A stretch of DNA of 64,000 nt from Squalus acanthias (lineage: Eukaryota), in NCBI GenBank assembly GCA_030390025.1, contig CM059432.1, forward strand, positions 148,120,001-148,184,000. The letters are read 5' to 3'. Both the position numbers and the translations under genes were made by a program. Positions within the stretch are counted from its first letter, which is position 1. Every line of letters begins with the position of its first letter. Shown here piece by piece: positions 25,058-37,779 of the stretch. A model generated the notes under the pieces. It had not been told where the DNA came from. It was given only the letters and a program-made list of their open reading frames with translations, and made no database searches.

Positions 25058-25600
25058 TTCATAAAACACTGGTTTGGCCTCAACTGGAGTATTGTGTCCA
25101 ATTCTGGGCACCGCACTTTAGGAAGGATGTGAAGGCCTTAGAGAGGGTGCAGAAAAGATTTACGAGAATGATTCCAGGGATCAGGGACTTCAGTTACGTG
25201 GATAGACTAGACAGGCTGGGGTTGTTCTCCTTAGAGAAGGTTGGGAGGTGATTTGATAGAGGTATTAAAAATCATGAGGGGTCCGGACAGAGTAGGTAGA
25301 GAGAAACACAGATTCAAGGTGATTGGCAAAAGAACCAAAGGCGACATGAGGAAAAACGTTATTACGCAGCGAGTGGTTAGGATCTGGAATGCACTGCCTG
25401 AAAGGGTGGTGGAGGCAGACTCAATCGTGGCTTTCAAAAGGGAATTGCATAAGTACCTGAAGGAAAAAAAATTGCAGGGCTACAGGGAAAGGGCAGGGAA
25501 GTGGGACTGGCTGAAGTGCTCTTGCAGAGAGCTGGCACGGGCTCGACAGGCCGAATGGCCTCCTTCTGTGCTGTAACCATTCTATGATTCTATGATTCTA
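25058..25600 (+). mobile_element. 5'-truncated CR1
   Basis: LEYCVQFWAPHFRKDVKALERVQKRFTRMIPG; (ATTCTATG)n tail. Confidence 0.9.
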
Positions 25601-25854
25601 GTGAATGATGACCATCAAAGGGGAGGTGGAAAAATAGTAAATAACCTACATAAACAACAAGGGAAACATCATATAGTTCCCCTTAAACTTCACAAATACC
25701 TGGGTTTTTTAAATCCCCATGTCTACATCGATAAATCGTGGTATAAATATTAGTTCTAAAACAAACAAAAAAGGGAAGAGAGTATAAAAAAGATCGAGCA
25801 GAGTACTTTCTGAATGGTGAAAAGCTAAAAACAGTGGATGTCCAAAGAGACTCA

Positions 25855-26240
25855 GGGAGTGCTGCACTGTCGGAGGGGCAGTACTGAGGGAGCGCTGCAC
25901 TGTTGGAGGTGCCGTCTTTCGGATGAGATGTTAAACCGAGGCCCCATCTGCTCTCTCAGGTGGATGTTAAAGATCCCATGGCACTATTTCAAAGAAGATC
26001 AGGGGAGTTCTCCCCGGTGTCCTGGCCAATATTTATCCTTCAATCAACATCCTCAAAATACAGATTATCTGGCCATTGTCACATTGCTGTTTGTGGGAGC
26101 TTGCTGTGTGCAAATTGGCTGCCGTGTTTCCTACATTACAACAGTGACTACACTTCAAAAGTACTTCATTGGCTGTAACACGGCTCGGGATGTCCTGAGG
26201 TCGTGAAAGGCGCTATATAAATGCAAGTCTTTCTTTTTCT
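25855..26240 (+). mobile_element. Deu-type SINE, 5' truncated
   Basis: Core and tail match 1321-1779; ends GCGCTATATAAATGCAAGTCTTTCTTTT. Confidence 0.85.
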
Positions 26241-26249
26241 TTTTCATAA

Positions 26250-28904
26250 CCTTGTTGAACGACAAAGCTTTTCTCGCTCCTTTTCCTACTGCTCCTACGT
26301 GGTGCAACCCCTGTGGCTTCAGCAGAGGAAGAGGCAGGCTGCTCAGATCACTGCTCTGAGATGCCCTTGCTGACAACCTCTGGGTGCTGGAGCCCATGAG
26401 GGCCCCGCCAAAGACTTCTCCACCTGCACCTGTGCAGGGGCAGGCTCGGCCAATGGGAGAGGAGGCAGCATGTCAGACACTGGCGGGGGGGGGGGGGCGC
26501 GGGCTGGGGGGGGCAACGGCTGAGCAGTGGGAGTGCTTTGAGTGGAGTTCCCTTTTCCATATCCCCTTTCGCCATCATCCCGCTCATGGGCCAGCTGCAC
26601 TTCACTCCGACCATTCTGCAGTTTGGGGCAGATCAGTGACACATTGTAAGGCCACGGCTAAAGTGTCTGTCATCCTATTCAAAGCACCAGACATGTTGGC
26701 ATCCAGAGTCTGGACGGCCGTGGTCAAGGCGTGATTGATGTTCCACGAAATTGGCCACTCTATCCATGGAACAAGACATCCTCGCAATGCCCGGCGACAT
26801 CAACCCACTCATGCTCAAGCTGAACTCCTCCATTCTCTCTGTTATCGTGGACAGTGGGCTGGATTTTGAAGCTGGGGTCGGGTTGGTGTCGGGAATCACA
26901 CATTCTGGCTTGTGAACCCGCCTCCATCGAGATGTGGCCAACCCACTGTATTTTCCCTTGATTGACCTTGTTGAGCCCGCCCAGCGAGCTCAGCAGGCCA
27001 ATTAAGGGCCACCCGGCAACAGGTGACGTCACAGATTGACATTTCATTGTCAAGAGCTTTTGACAGATGAAATATCAGCGTTTGACAGCTCTGTGAAGCT
27101 GTCAAACACTCACAATATGATTTCTAACTTCAGTCCTTCCTCTCAGGCTGAGTTAGAAATCATTCCACCACAGAAAACAGAAGGCTGCAGTTTCTGACAG
27201 AACCACGGCTTTCCTGCTTTCTGTGCCGGTGAGATTTCTGACTCCCGAGAACTGAAGGGCTGACACCTGCAGGAGGAAGTTAAGGTAAGTAAAACTTTTT
27301 CCCACACTTAGCACTTACCTTACACACTTACCTCTGCACACATGCACCCATCACTCACCTGCCCACCGGACATATCGACCCCTCCAACCCCTGCAGACCC
27401 ACGGCCCGCCCTGATAACTTGGCGTGGTTGCCACCTGTCGGGAAGCCCACACTTTTCTTTTTAAAATAGGGATTATGCAAAAAACTGCCTGTTAACTACC
27501 TGTTAACAGGCAGTTAATTGTCACTAATCCCTTCCCGCCTCAGGGAGTTGGGTCTCAGCACAGGTCGGGTACCCGCCGCCAGAGAAACTGGCATGGAGGC
27601 GGGTTGGAGTCGGTATGGGGTCGGGACCCCCGAATCTGCAACTTTAACCCCCCCCCCCGACTCCAAACCCGACTCCACGGGTCATTGAAAATCCAGCCCA
27701 GCGTGTGTGGAAGGCCTGCCAGTACGTCGCAGGTTTTCTGCTGCCCCTCAATGATTACCCTTTTCATCGACGGCCCCCGGGATACAACATCGTGTCCAGC
27801 TTAGCAGAGCTGGGAGAGAGCTGCATCCTCCAACGCGGACTCTCCACAGCTGTCCCCGCCACCACTGTCTGCTCTTGCTCACTTGTGAACTGTGAGTCAC
27901 CAAGTGAAAAACAACTCACTGGACCCACCGAAGTGCGAGTATCTGCGCTGGTGCATGGTAAGCATGAGTCCTGTGATGGTGCACCCTCAGAAGGAATCAG
28001 CTCCTCCGTGGATTTTTCATCGAGGAGGTCCACTGACTGCTGCTGTATACTTGAAAGCCCTGGCAGAGAGAAAAGATTTGAATGAGTACTGGTAGATAAG
28101 AATTTTGCAACTTATCATTATGAAGATGATAATATTTCACTCACTGCTGAAGTCAAGTCAGCATGACTGAGTGTTGTATGACATGTGGGTCGCTGATATT
28201 TAATTGTGTCACCAGGTAGCTGGGAGGTCCCCATCTCCGACGGCCAGGGATGCCAAAATGCCACGAATCTCCAGCGCCCCCCTCTCTGCAGCTGTCAACT
28301 GCACAATCTGTGGTGGCCCACTTCCGGTTCTCTCTCCCTTGTGATCTGTGCTCTTTTCTTCGGCAACGGGGGAAAGAACAGACCCATGAATGACTGTAAT
28401 GGCGTGTGTTCAACCGACGGATGCAATGCATTTGGTGAGGGTGACTATCAGGGAGAGGCATGAAATTACATAAGGCTGAGGGTGAGTGGCAGCGGTGGAT
28501 GGATAGATGGGGATGTGAGGAAGTGCATAGAAAGAGAAGGATGGGTGCGCTTGCAAGGTAAGAGGGTGTGAGGAGTGATGTGATGGAGTAGGCTTGACAA
28601 GGCAGGGTGAGGGGGGAGGGGGTGTGATATGCACAACAGGATGCAGGTGAATGTGCAAGTGTACTCACCATCCTGACCTTGTTAGGTCATTAAAGCACTT
28701 GCTGCACTGAATCCAGGAGCGTGGTACAAAGCTCTTGCTGTTGACCTTGGTCACCTCCAGCCGCGCCTTCTTCGTTGCAGCTACAGGTTTTTTCCTCCCG
28801 TTGCTGGGGAAGATTATCTCTCGCCTTCTCTTCACTGGACCCAGCAGTGCATCAAGCGATGCGTCGTTGAATTTTGGTGCAGCCCTTGACCGTCCTGAAT
28901 CCAT
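26250..28904 (-). pseudogene. Harbinger Myb/SANT gene, spliced, decayed (divergent family; transposase not retained)
   Basis: MDSGRSRAAPKFNDASLDALL..RRREIIFP..PRSWIQCSKCFNDLTRS followed by GTGAGT donor at ~28668; downstream exon fragments GLPHTL/STITERME, LTTAVQTLDANMSGALNRMTDTL. Confidence 0.75.
26856..27699. mobile_element. Harbinger-type MITE (844 bp) inside the Myb gene
   Basis: TIRs GGGCTGGATTTT / AAAATCCAGCCC; 3-bp flanks AGT / AGC; removal rejoins host reading GLPHTL-STITERMEE. Confidence 0.85.
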
Positions 28905-31175
28905 TACAACAATTCTCCTTCAGTTTGCTGCACCTCCTAATTCCTCTAAATTCCATCCTTGGATTGGCCCTCCAAATGCTCGAGGTGAGATCGCAACATG
29001 CGGGTCGGCACCACACCCTCTGCCGCGCGCTGGATGCTAAACCGGAAGGAATATTAAAATAAGGTGGCCCCAGTGAAATTGCACATTCCAACGCACCAAG
29101 ACTTCTTCCGGCTTTTGCACCTGACACGGCATCGCTCCCCACCAACCCCCCCACCCACCCCCCGCAAGGCTCCAAATTCATCTTGGACTTATTATAAGGG
29201 CCAGTATCTCACAAAAAGAGTAATGCAGTCCAATGTTTTGGTCTAACATTTCTCCCCACAGATAAACACCAACATTTTTCCATTGTACGGGAGAATCAAA
29301 GGTCAATTATCAATCCTACTGGCAAATAATGGGGTAAGAATGCCATGATCTCTGTGTGTGGTGACATTGTGAATGCATTTGTGAAAAGTATTCACTGCAC
29401 CAACCAAAATTGTAAACTTATATACCTCACTGGGAGCTCCAAGTTGCCTTTAGTTCATTGGCGATTTTCAAGTATTGATTGGAGATGTTAAAGACTTTCT
29501 TCAGACTTGTCCCGTACCATAATCCAACACTTTATCTGTTCTTCTGCCATCTAACACTGAAACTCTGGTTGTTCATATAAATGACTGTAAGGGTCTGACC
29601 TGAATTGTAAAAACTGTCATGTCACACTAGTATAATGAGGAGAATGACACAGATCCAGGGAGTGCAATCTGCCTTTGATTTCTCTAGTGAGTATGAGGTG
29701 GATAACACACAGCTGCGGGGCTTGTTATACAGGCTTCCTCACTTGTGAAGTAACAGATTTTACTGCTAACTGCGTATTGTCCTTTATGTTATATGCATTT
29801 GATGGTTTATGACCAGTAGTTTATGCCTCTCATGGGAATCTGCTAGAAGTATTTTAAAATGATTACCTGGCCAGTGTAAATTGTGTTTAATGCAATGTCC
29901 TAATGAACCGAAAGTAGTGATCATATTAGTGAACTACAATTTAATAGAAAAAAGGATCAGAGCCTTTACTAATTCAGTGCTTCACTTCCACATTACACAA
30001 ACTTACACCGCAGACATGGTCTAACATTTCAGTAACGCACATGCTAATTTTGATAATGACCAATATGAGTATGAATTGGTTGCACTGCGTAAAGAGCAAA
30101 CACAACAGGCAATGAACCCTGATACGACCTTGGGGCTTGCATACAGAGGTGGCACTTCCGAGTCCTGCAGCCTGATGTCCTCGCTCATAAACCCCTTGAT
30201 CTTTTCCCCGTATCCTCTAAGTGTGTAATTCCAAGTACCTTTGTGTTAGGACAGTGTCTGGGAATGTAAAACATCCAACGAAGTCCCAGCTGAATTACAA
30301 TGATCAGGTACACAAGTCAAATTAAGACAGCCTCAATCTCTAGAGCAAAATGAGATGCTGCTTCTACAAGGCACTTCTGGTATTATTTAAAAGTATGATT
30401 TCGATGCAGTTTCTTTAATGTCATATTTATATTCATAGAAGGTTCTGTCACTCTGATGGAGGGTTGAATAGTGTACGTCAGGTCACCGTGACACTGGCGT
30501 GTCCCCTGACTAATTTGTGGAGCATGCGCTGAATGGCGGCATTGTACAGTAAGAGAAGCAGTGATGGGAAATGAGTGACAGGTATTCAGCAGTAAGAATC
30601 TAAGGGAGCACAGAATGAGAAAAATCCATGGCCTAGAAATTGGGCCACGTAGCGCACATTTTTCAGGCACTATGCCGCCACCTGGGGGCCCAAAATGGCG
30701 GGGTTGATGTGCCATGCGGTCAGAAGCGCTCCGCCTGCCATTTTGGTACAGGAAGTAGCGCTGGAGGTAAGGTCGCACTTTAAAGTGAGAAATCATTTAT
30801 TTAAATGAGGGTCATCTGCTGCGCGCAGGATGCGGTCACCATTTTGGACCGCCCCAGCTGATTAGTTGCCACGTGCTGACCTCACTCAGCACAACGGGAT
30901 GCTCACCAGTATGAAAGCCCACTTGTCAGTAATATTAAAAGACATCATACAGTATTTATAGCCTAGTTGCTGGTTTACTATTTCTGGCTACTTTTTCACC
31001 TCTACGCCATTATGGCTTGTGTTGTACCACTCTTCAGACTTCACTTTCTCTACATAGAGAGAGGTTTGGCTGCCTTTGCACTGCTATTGCACAGATAGGC
31101 TGCCTGCAAGCATGGGTGGCGTGGTAGAGCTGCCTCTGGGTATAGAGTACGATTGGGAGCACCAAGCAAGACACC

Positions 31176-31652
31176 ACATAGAAACATAGAAACATAGAAG
31201 ATAGGAGCAGGAGTAGGCCATTCGGCCCCTCGAGCCTGCTCCGCCATTCAATGCGATCATGGCTGATCATCCAAATTTAGTACCCTGTCACTGCTTTCTC
31301 CCCATATCTCTTGGTCCCTTTAGCCTTAAGAAATATATCTATCTCCTTCTTGAATATATTTAATGAATTGGCCTCAACTGCCTTGTGTGGTAGAGAATTC
31401 CACAGGTTCACCACTCTCTGGGTGAAGAAATTCCTCCTCATCTCAGTCCTAAATGGCTTACCCCTTATCCTTAGACTGTGACCCCTGGTTCTGGACTCCC
31501 CGCCATCGGGAACATCCTTCCTGCATCTAGTCTGTCTAGTCCTGTTAGAATTTTATAAGTTTCAATGTGATCCCTTCTCATTCTTCTAAACTCTAGCGAA
31601 TACAAGCCCAATCATCCCAATCTCTCCTCATATGTCATTCCTGCCATCCCAG
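31176..31652 (-). mobile_element. 5'-truncated CR1 (TTTCTATG-tailed)
   Basis: CATAGAAA repeats at left end; closely matches 34070-34600. Confidence 0.9.
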
Positions 31653-31687
31653 AGCAGGATAAGGTGCCAGAAGTGACACCTTAGACA

Positions 31688-32783
31688 ATGGCAGCATGGA
31701 TACAAAATTAGCGGAGAGACAGAAAGCAGAGAGTAGTCGTGAATGGTTGTTTTTCAGACTGGAGGAATGTGTGCTGTGGCATCCCCCAGGGGTCAATATT
31801 AGGACCACTGCTCTTTTTGATATATATTAATGACCTGGACTTGGGTATAGAGGGCATCATTTCAAAGTTTGCAGATGACACAAAACTAGGAAATGTAGTA
31901 AACAGTGAGGAGGATAGTAACAGACTTCAGGCAGACATAGGCAGACTAGTGAAATGAGAAGACACATGGCAGATGAAATTTAACAAGGAGAAGTGTGAAG
32001 TGCTGCATTTTGGAAGGTAAAATGAGGAGAGGCAATAAAGACTAAATGGTACAATTTTAAAGGGGGTGCAGAAATAGAGAGACCTGCGGGTGTACATACA
32101 CAAATCTTTGAAGGTGACAAGACAAGTTGAGAATGCTGTTAAAAAGGCATATGGGATCCTTGGCTTTATAAATAGAGGCTTAGAGTATAAAAGCAAGGAA
32201 GTGATGATGAAGCTTTATAAATGATTGGTTAGATTCCAGCTAGAGTACTGTGTCTAATTCTGGGCACCACACTTTAGGAAGAATCTCAGAACCTTGGAGA
32301 GGGTGCAGAGGAGATTTACCAGATTGGTACCAGGCCTGAGGAACTTCAGTTCTGTGGAGAGACTTGAGAAGCCGAGATTGTTCTCCTTAGAGCAAAGAAG
32401 GTTAAGAAGAGATTTATTAGAGATGTTCAAAATTATGAGGGGTTTAGAGAGAGTAGATAAGGAGAAACTGGCAGGAGAGTCGGTTACCAGAGGCCACAGA
32501 TTTCAGATAATTGGCAAAAAAGCCATGGGAGAGATGAGAAATTTCTTTACTCAACAAGTTGTTGTGATCTGGAATGCGCTGCCTGAAAGGGTGGTGGAAG
32601 CAGATTCAATAGTAACTTTCAAAAGGGAAGTGGATATATTTGGAAAATATAAGGAAAAAATGTACAGGACTGCGGGGAAAGAGCCGGGAAGTGAGATTAA
32701 TTGGATGGCTCTTTCAAAGAACCGGCACAGGCACGATGGGCCGAATGGCCTTTTTCTGTGCTGTATGATTCTATGATTCTATG
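31688..32783 (+). mobile_element. 5'-truncated CR1
   Basis: GIPQGSILGPLLFLIYINDLD..ISKFADDTKL; ERVQRRFTRLVPG; ATTCTATG tail. Confidence 0.92.
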
Positions 32784-34014
32784 AAGAGGGAGGAGGAAGA
32801 GGAGGAGGTGGCCATTTCCACAGAGGGTCTTCAGGAACCAATTCTTCTACCTCAGCTTCACTGACGAGCAGTGTATGAGACGCCTTCACTTTACCAAGGA
32901 TGTTGTTACCAAGCTATGTCACCTGTTGCAGCCACAATTACAGCCTCAAACAAGGGCATGGACAGTGGCTGTCAGGGTCACTGCTGCTCTCACCTTTATG
33001 CAACGGGCTCTTTCCGGGTGATATCAGCAACATGTCCCAGTTTGCAGTAAACTGATGTATCAGGGAGGTCACTGAAACTCTCTGCACCATGAGAAAACCT
33101 TGCATCTCCTTCCCTATTGACAAAGCAAAGCAGGATGAGAGAGCATGAGGTTTTGCCCACATGGCAGACTTGCCCAGGGCAAAAGGTGCCATTGACAGTA
33201 TGCACATTGGCTTGTGTGCTGCAAATCAAGACCCTGGAATATTTATCAATCGCAAGGGAATCCACTCCCTCAACGTAGAATTGGTTTGCGAACACAGGCA
33301 GCCCATCGTGCAGGTCTGTGCCGACTATCCTGGCAGCAGTCATGACTCTTTCATTCTGTATCAGTCCTCTGTGCCACCTTTATTCCAACCAGACCTCCAA
33401 GTTGCAGGCTGGCGATTGGGGGACAAGGGTTATCCCCTCTGAGCATGGCTCATGACTCCAGTTCGGAACCCGCGCACAGCTGGACTACAATGAGAGCCAT
33501 GCGGCCACAAGGAGCATTATCGAGCAAACAATCGACATGCGCAAGCAGCACTTCTGCTGCCTGGACCGTTCCGGAGGAACCCTGCCCTACAGCCCCGAGT
33601 GGGTATCCAGATTTGTGGTCATCTACTGCATGCTCCACAACTTGGCCATCATGAGAGATCAGCCTTTACCACCACCAGCAAACCAACAAGTTCAGGAAGA
33701 GGAACAAGAAGAGAAGGAGGAGGAGGATAAAAGAAGACCAGGTGGAGGAAGAGCAGGAAGATAGGCTGAAGAGAGCCCCTATGCCCGAGCTGTCAGAAAC
33801 AAGCTCATCGAGGATCACTTTAACTAAGTCAGATCTCTCATTCCCAACAGTCACACAATCATTCTCTCATCTTACAACCACCATCACCTTCCTTCACTCC
33901 ACATTTATTGCTCTGTCCCTCGCTTCAGTACAAACATAAATTCCAATACGTAATTCAAATCCAAAACCAAATTTATCAAATAAATAATGTTATCATTAAC
34001 AGAAAATATGACTA

Positions 34015-36044
34015 ATCACCAGTGTGCACACCCTTAGTGCCTGTCTTGCGTGTTTCTTGCCCTACTCTAACATAGAAACATAGAAGATAGGAGCAGGAGT
34101 AGGCCATTCGACCCCTCGAGCCTGCTCCGCCATTCGATGAGATCATGGCTGATCATTCAAACTCAGTACCCTGTATCTGCCTTCTCCCCATATCCCTTGA
34201 TACCTTTAGCTTTAAAAAATATATCTAACTCATTCTTGAATATATTTAATGACTTGGCCTCAACTACCTTCTGTGGTAGAGAATTCCACAGGTTCACCAC
34301 TCTCTGGGTGAAGAAATTCTTCCTCATTTCTGTCCTAAATGGCTTACCCCTTATCCTTAGATTATGACCCCTGGTTCTGGACTCTCCGACCATCGGGAAC
34401 ATTCTTCCTGCATCTAGTTTGTCCAGACCTGTCAGAATTTTATATGTTTCGATGAGATCCCCTCTCATTCTTCTATACTCCAGCGAGTATAAGCCCAATC
34501 GACCCAATCTCTCCTCATATGTCATTCCTGCCATCCCAGGTATCAGCCTTGTGAATCTTCGCTGAACTCCTTCCATGGCAAGAACATCCTTCCTCAGATA
34601 ACTCTAGTGATCCTACAAAGTATTTCCCCAGTGTCTACAGCTTGGAAGGTTGAAGGTTGCTGAGGTTCTAGTGAAGACGCTTCAGATGGTCTTGGAGAAC
34701 AACTTCAGGCAGCTCTGGGCCGAGAGGGCTCGGCTACGGACCGCACCATCTCGGCGTGGCTGCAGCAGTTTGGTCCAGCTGGCTGAGTGACACCAACAAG
34801 AGCACAGGCAGTGTGGCTGGCTGGAGACCAGGACTGCGGGCACCCTGAGAGAGGGTAGAAGGTTGCTCTCCCATGCAGCAAAGGCCACTATCCTGGGGCA
34901 TCGCCTCAGCACTCCGAGTGCTCTGTTGGAGAATAGACTGCTGGAGTGATGTAACACCCTGGAAGCCCCTTTCAGCAGTGTCACACACAGCCAATTTGGC
35001 AGCCGTCTGAGCTTCCGTGGCAGCAGTTTGTGCTGTGATGGAATCTGTCAGATTCATCATCAGGCACTTCAACATGGTGGGATCATGGTGATGGATCTGA
35101 CTGCACCGTCCATGTTGGTAAGAATGGGCTTCATGTTCTGTGCCAAGTTGGAGGTGGACTCGTCCGTACTCCGCAACATTGTGTGCAAGCTCTCCGGAAA
35201 ACGGCCCAGTGCTCCAAACATTTCTCGATGTGAGCCCATTAGCCTTCCTCGGTAGCCTGGCCCAAAGATATCTATATCTGAGTCATCTGCAGCTGAACTA
35301 GTATGGGGCCTCGCCTGCATCTGCAGCTTGTCATGCAGAGTGTGTGGGGTGAGGGAGAAGTCAGAAGAGGCAAGGAGGATTAAGCATAAAGAAACCCTGC
35401 TCAGCATGTCCCCCAGTGTCACCAGCATCCAAGGCCTCCAGTCTGCTCCTTCCCATCACCACCAGCATGGTTTCATCAATGGGGGACAGGGTGTATCGTC
35501 GTGCTGGTCCCCCACTGCTGGCATCTTGCTGCCTGGCGTTGGGAGCCACCTTCTCCTGCAAGGAAGAGGGAAGTGTGTTAGTAGAGTCTTGCAAGGTGAT
35601 TGGGGAAAGTGGCTACCATGGTTGAATAGCTGCCTTTGTGTGTGTGAGAAGTGAGTAGTGGGTGTGAAGCTTATAAAATGCTGAGTGTGTAAGGATGAGG
35701 TAAAGCACATTGTGACGTGTACTGTGCTGATTGGAGCAGAGTGCATGCTGTTAGGGGAGAGGACTGGTGTAATTGTTTCAACCAATGTGGCTGTGAGTGG
35801 TGAGAAGACATTTGAATAGTCTTTTTACCTTGATGACTCTAGTCAAATCATTGAACTCCTTGTGGCACTCCACCCACGACCCGGGAGCAATGCTCCTGGC
35901 ATTCACCTGAGTGGTGGCTTCCTCCCACTTCCTGCTCTCGCCTGGGGAATAAAGGATGTCCCATCTCCTCTCCACCTCCTGCACCAAGTCCTCCAGTGCA
36001 GCATCCGAGAACCTGTGTGCCCGTTCTATCCTGGCTTCAGTCAT
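34015..36044 (-). pseudogene. Harbinger Myb/SANT gene, spliced, decayed
   Basis: MTEARIERAHRFSDAALEDLVQEVERRWDILY..WEEATTQVNARSIAPGSWVECHKEFNDLTRVIK then GT donor; short intron with TACTAAC branch point and CTTGCAG acceptor at ~35556; EKVAPNARQQ..GG; LTDSITAQTAATEAQTAA. Confidence 0.8.
34070..34600 (-). mobile_element. 5'-truncated CR1 (TTTCTATG-tailed)
   Basis: EGVQRRFTRLIPGMAGMTYEERLGRLGLYSLE; TSD ACTCTA at 34064-34069 and 34601-34606. Confidence 0.92.
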
Positions 36045-36704
36045 TACAATCTTTCACAAAAGAGTTGTGCACAGCATTTCTTGCAGCCACAATCCACCGC
36101 CCTTTAAGAAGTGCTGACTGCCTTTAAATAGCGTGGGTTCCTCCCCCCCCCCTCCCGATATCGCCTGCCCCCCACACCCGACAGGCTTACTGCCAATGAT
36201 CAGCTGGGGTAGTGTTTGTTGCATGCACAGATCAGTAGGATTAGCACGCAGCACCGACCTCATGTGCTGCCTGCATTACTAACAGTATAAGTTATTAGCG
36301 CATTGCCCTCAAAATGCGCAGTTCGGGTTTCTAGGCCATGTGTCTCCTCGAGCCGATTCATTCCTCAGACCATATACTCTCGACCCAAACATAGAGTCTA
36401 CCCTCCCCTTTAATCTCCCAGGGGAAAATTCTGAAAAATGTCTCCATCAATCGTAAAGCAATTTAAAACAAAAATCTGAAAGACTCATTCAGCAAAGGTC
36501 TCCAGTATCTTACTCTGGCCAGTTGCTTTCCATAAATGAGATTTCTTTGGGAGCAGCAGCACAGAAGCCGTCATTGACTATGAAACATTGGATCTGTCAT
36601 CTTCCATCCCATTCCTAACCATCCACCTTTTTTTTGAAGGATTAAATTGACACGATAAATGATTTTGCTGGGACTGTGCTTCACATATCTAGCAATGGAA
36701 GAAA

Positions 36705-36866
36705 ATACCTGAGAATCTGTGATAGCGAATATGTGATGGAGAGTCTGTGCTGGGAAATCACGTGATCTGGAATCTGATGGGGAATCTAGAATGAGAAATT
36801 TGTGAATGAGAATTAATGATGGAGAATTTGTGATGTGGAATCAGTAAATGGAATTTGTGCAAGTGA
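36705..36866 (+). repeat. Degenerate outlier of the GGGAATCAGTGAT satellite
   Basis: Successive diverged units GAGAATCTGTGAT, GAATATGTGATGG, GGAGAATTTGTGAT, GGAATCAGTAAAT. Confidence 0.7.
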
Positions 36867-37718
36867 ATCATAAAATCATAGAATTATCCAGCACAGAAGG
36901 AGGCCATTTTGCCCATCGTGCCTCTTTGAAAGAGCTCTCCAATTAATTTCACTTCCCTGCTCTTTCCCCATAGCCCTGTAAAAGAACTCCTTCAAGTATT
37001 TATCCAATTCCCGTTTGAATGTTATGATTGAATCTGCTTCCACCGCCCTTTCAGGCAGCACATTCCAGATCACAACAACTCACAGTGTAAAAAGATGCCT
37101 CCTCATGTCGCCTCTGGTTCTTTTGCCAATCACTTTAAATCCGTGTCCTCTGGTCCCCTTCTGCCCCTGAAAACAGTTTCTCTTTATTGACTCCATCAAA
37201 ACCATTCATGATTATGAACATCTCTAACAAATCTCCTCTTAACCTTCTCTGCTCCAAGGAGACCAACCCCAGCTTCTCCAGTCTCTCCACATAACTGAAG
37301 CTCCTTCATCCCTGGTTCCAGTTTAGTAAATCTCTGCCGCACCCTCTCCAAGGCCTTGACATCCTTCCTAAAGTGTGGTGCCCAGAATTGGCCACAATAC
37401 TCCAGCTGAGGCCATAGCCAGCGTTTTATAAAAGCTTAGCATAGCTTCCTTGCTTTTGTACTCTATTCCTCTATTAATAAAGCCAAGGATCATTTATGCT
37501 TTTTTAACAGCCTTCTCAACTTGTCCTGCCACCATCAAAGATTTGTGTACATAGACCCCCAGGTCTCTCTGTTCGTGCACCCCCTTTAAAATTGTACCAT
37601 TTAGTTTATATTGACTCTCCTCATTCTTCCTACCAAAATGTATCAATTTCCACCTCTCTGCGTTAAATTTGATCTGTCTATTGGTTTCTCCCCATTTCAC
37701 CAGTCTGTCTATGTATTC
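36867..37718 (-). mobile_element. CR1 3' portion
   Basis: CATAGAAT tail; highly similar to 181-1040. Confidence 0.9.
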
Positions 37719-37779
37719 CTGGGCCAGAATTTTCCCGCTGCCAGACGTCCGGGTTTGGAGGCAGGTCGGCAGTAAAGTT

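Larger units (their letters stand above)
31112..33827 (+). pseudogene. Harbinger DDE transposase, split by two CR1 insertions
   Basis: MGGVVELPLGIEYDWEHQ at 31112; after the CR1s GAIDSMHIG..INRKGIHSLNVELVC..YPGSSHDSFIL..LGDKGYPL..YCMLHNLAI, acidic tail. Confidence 0.87.
30630..36337. mobile_element. PIF/Harbinger transposon with both termini and both genes
   Basis: CATGGCCTAGAAA ... TTTCTAGGCCATG inverted ends; transposase on +, Myb/SANT gene on -, convergent; three CR1 insertions. Confidence 0.85.
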
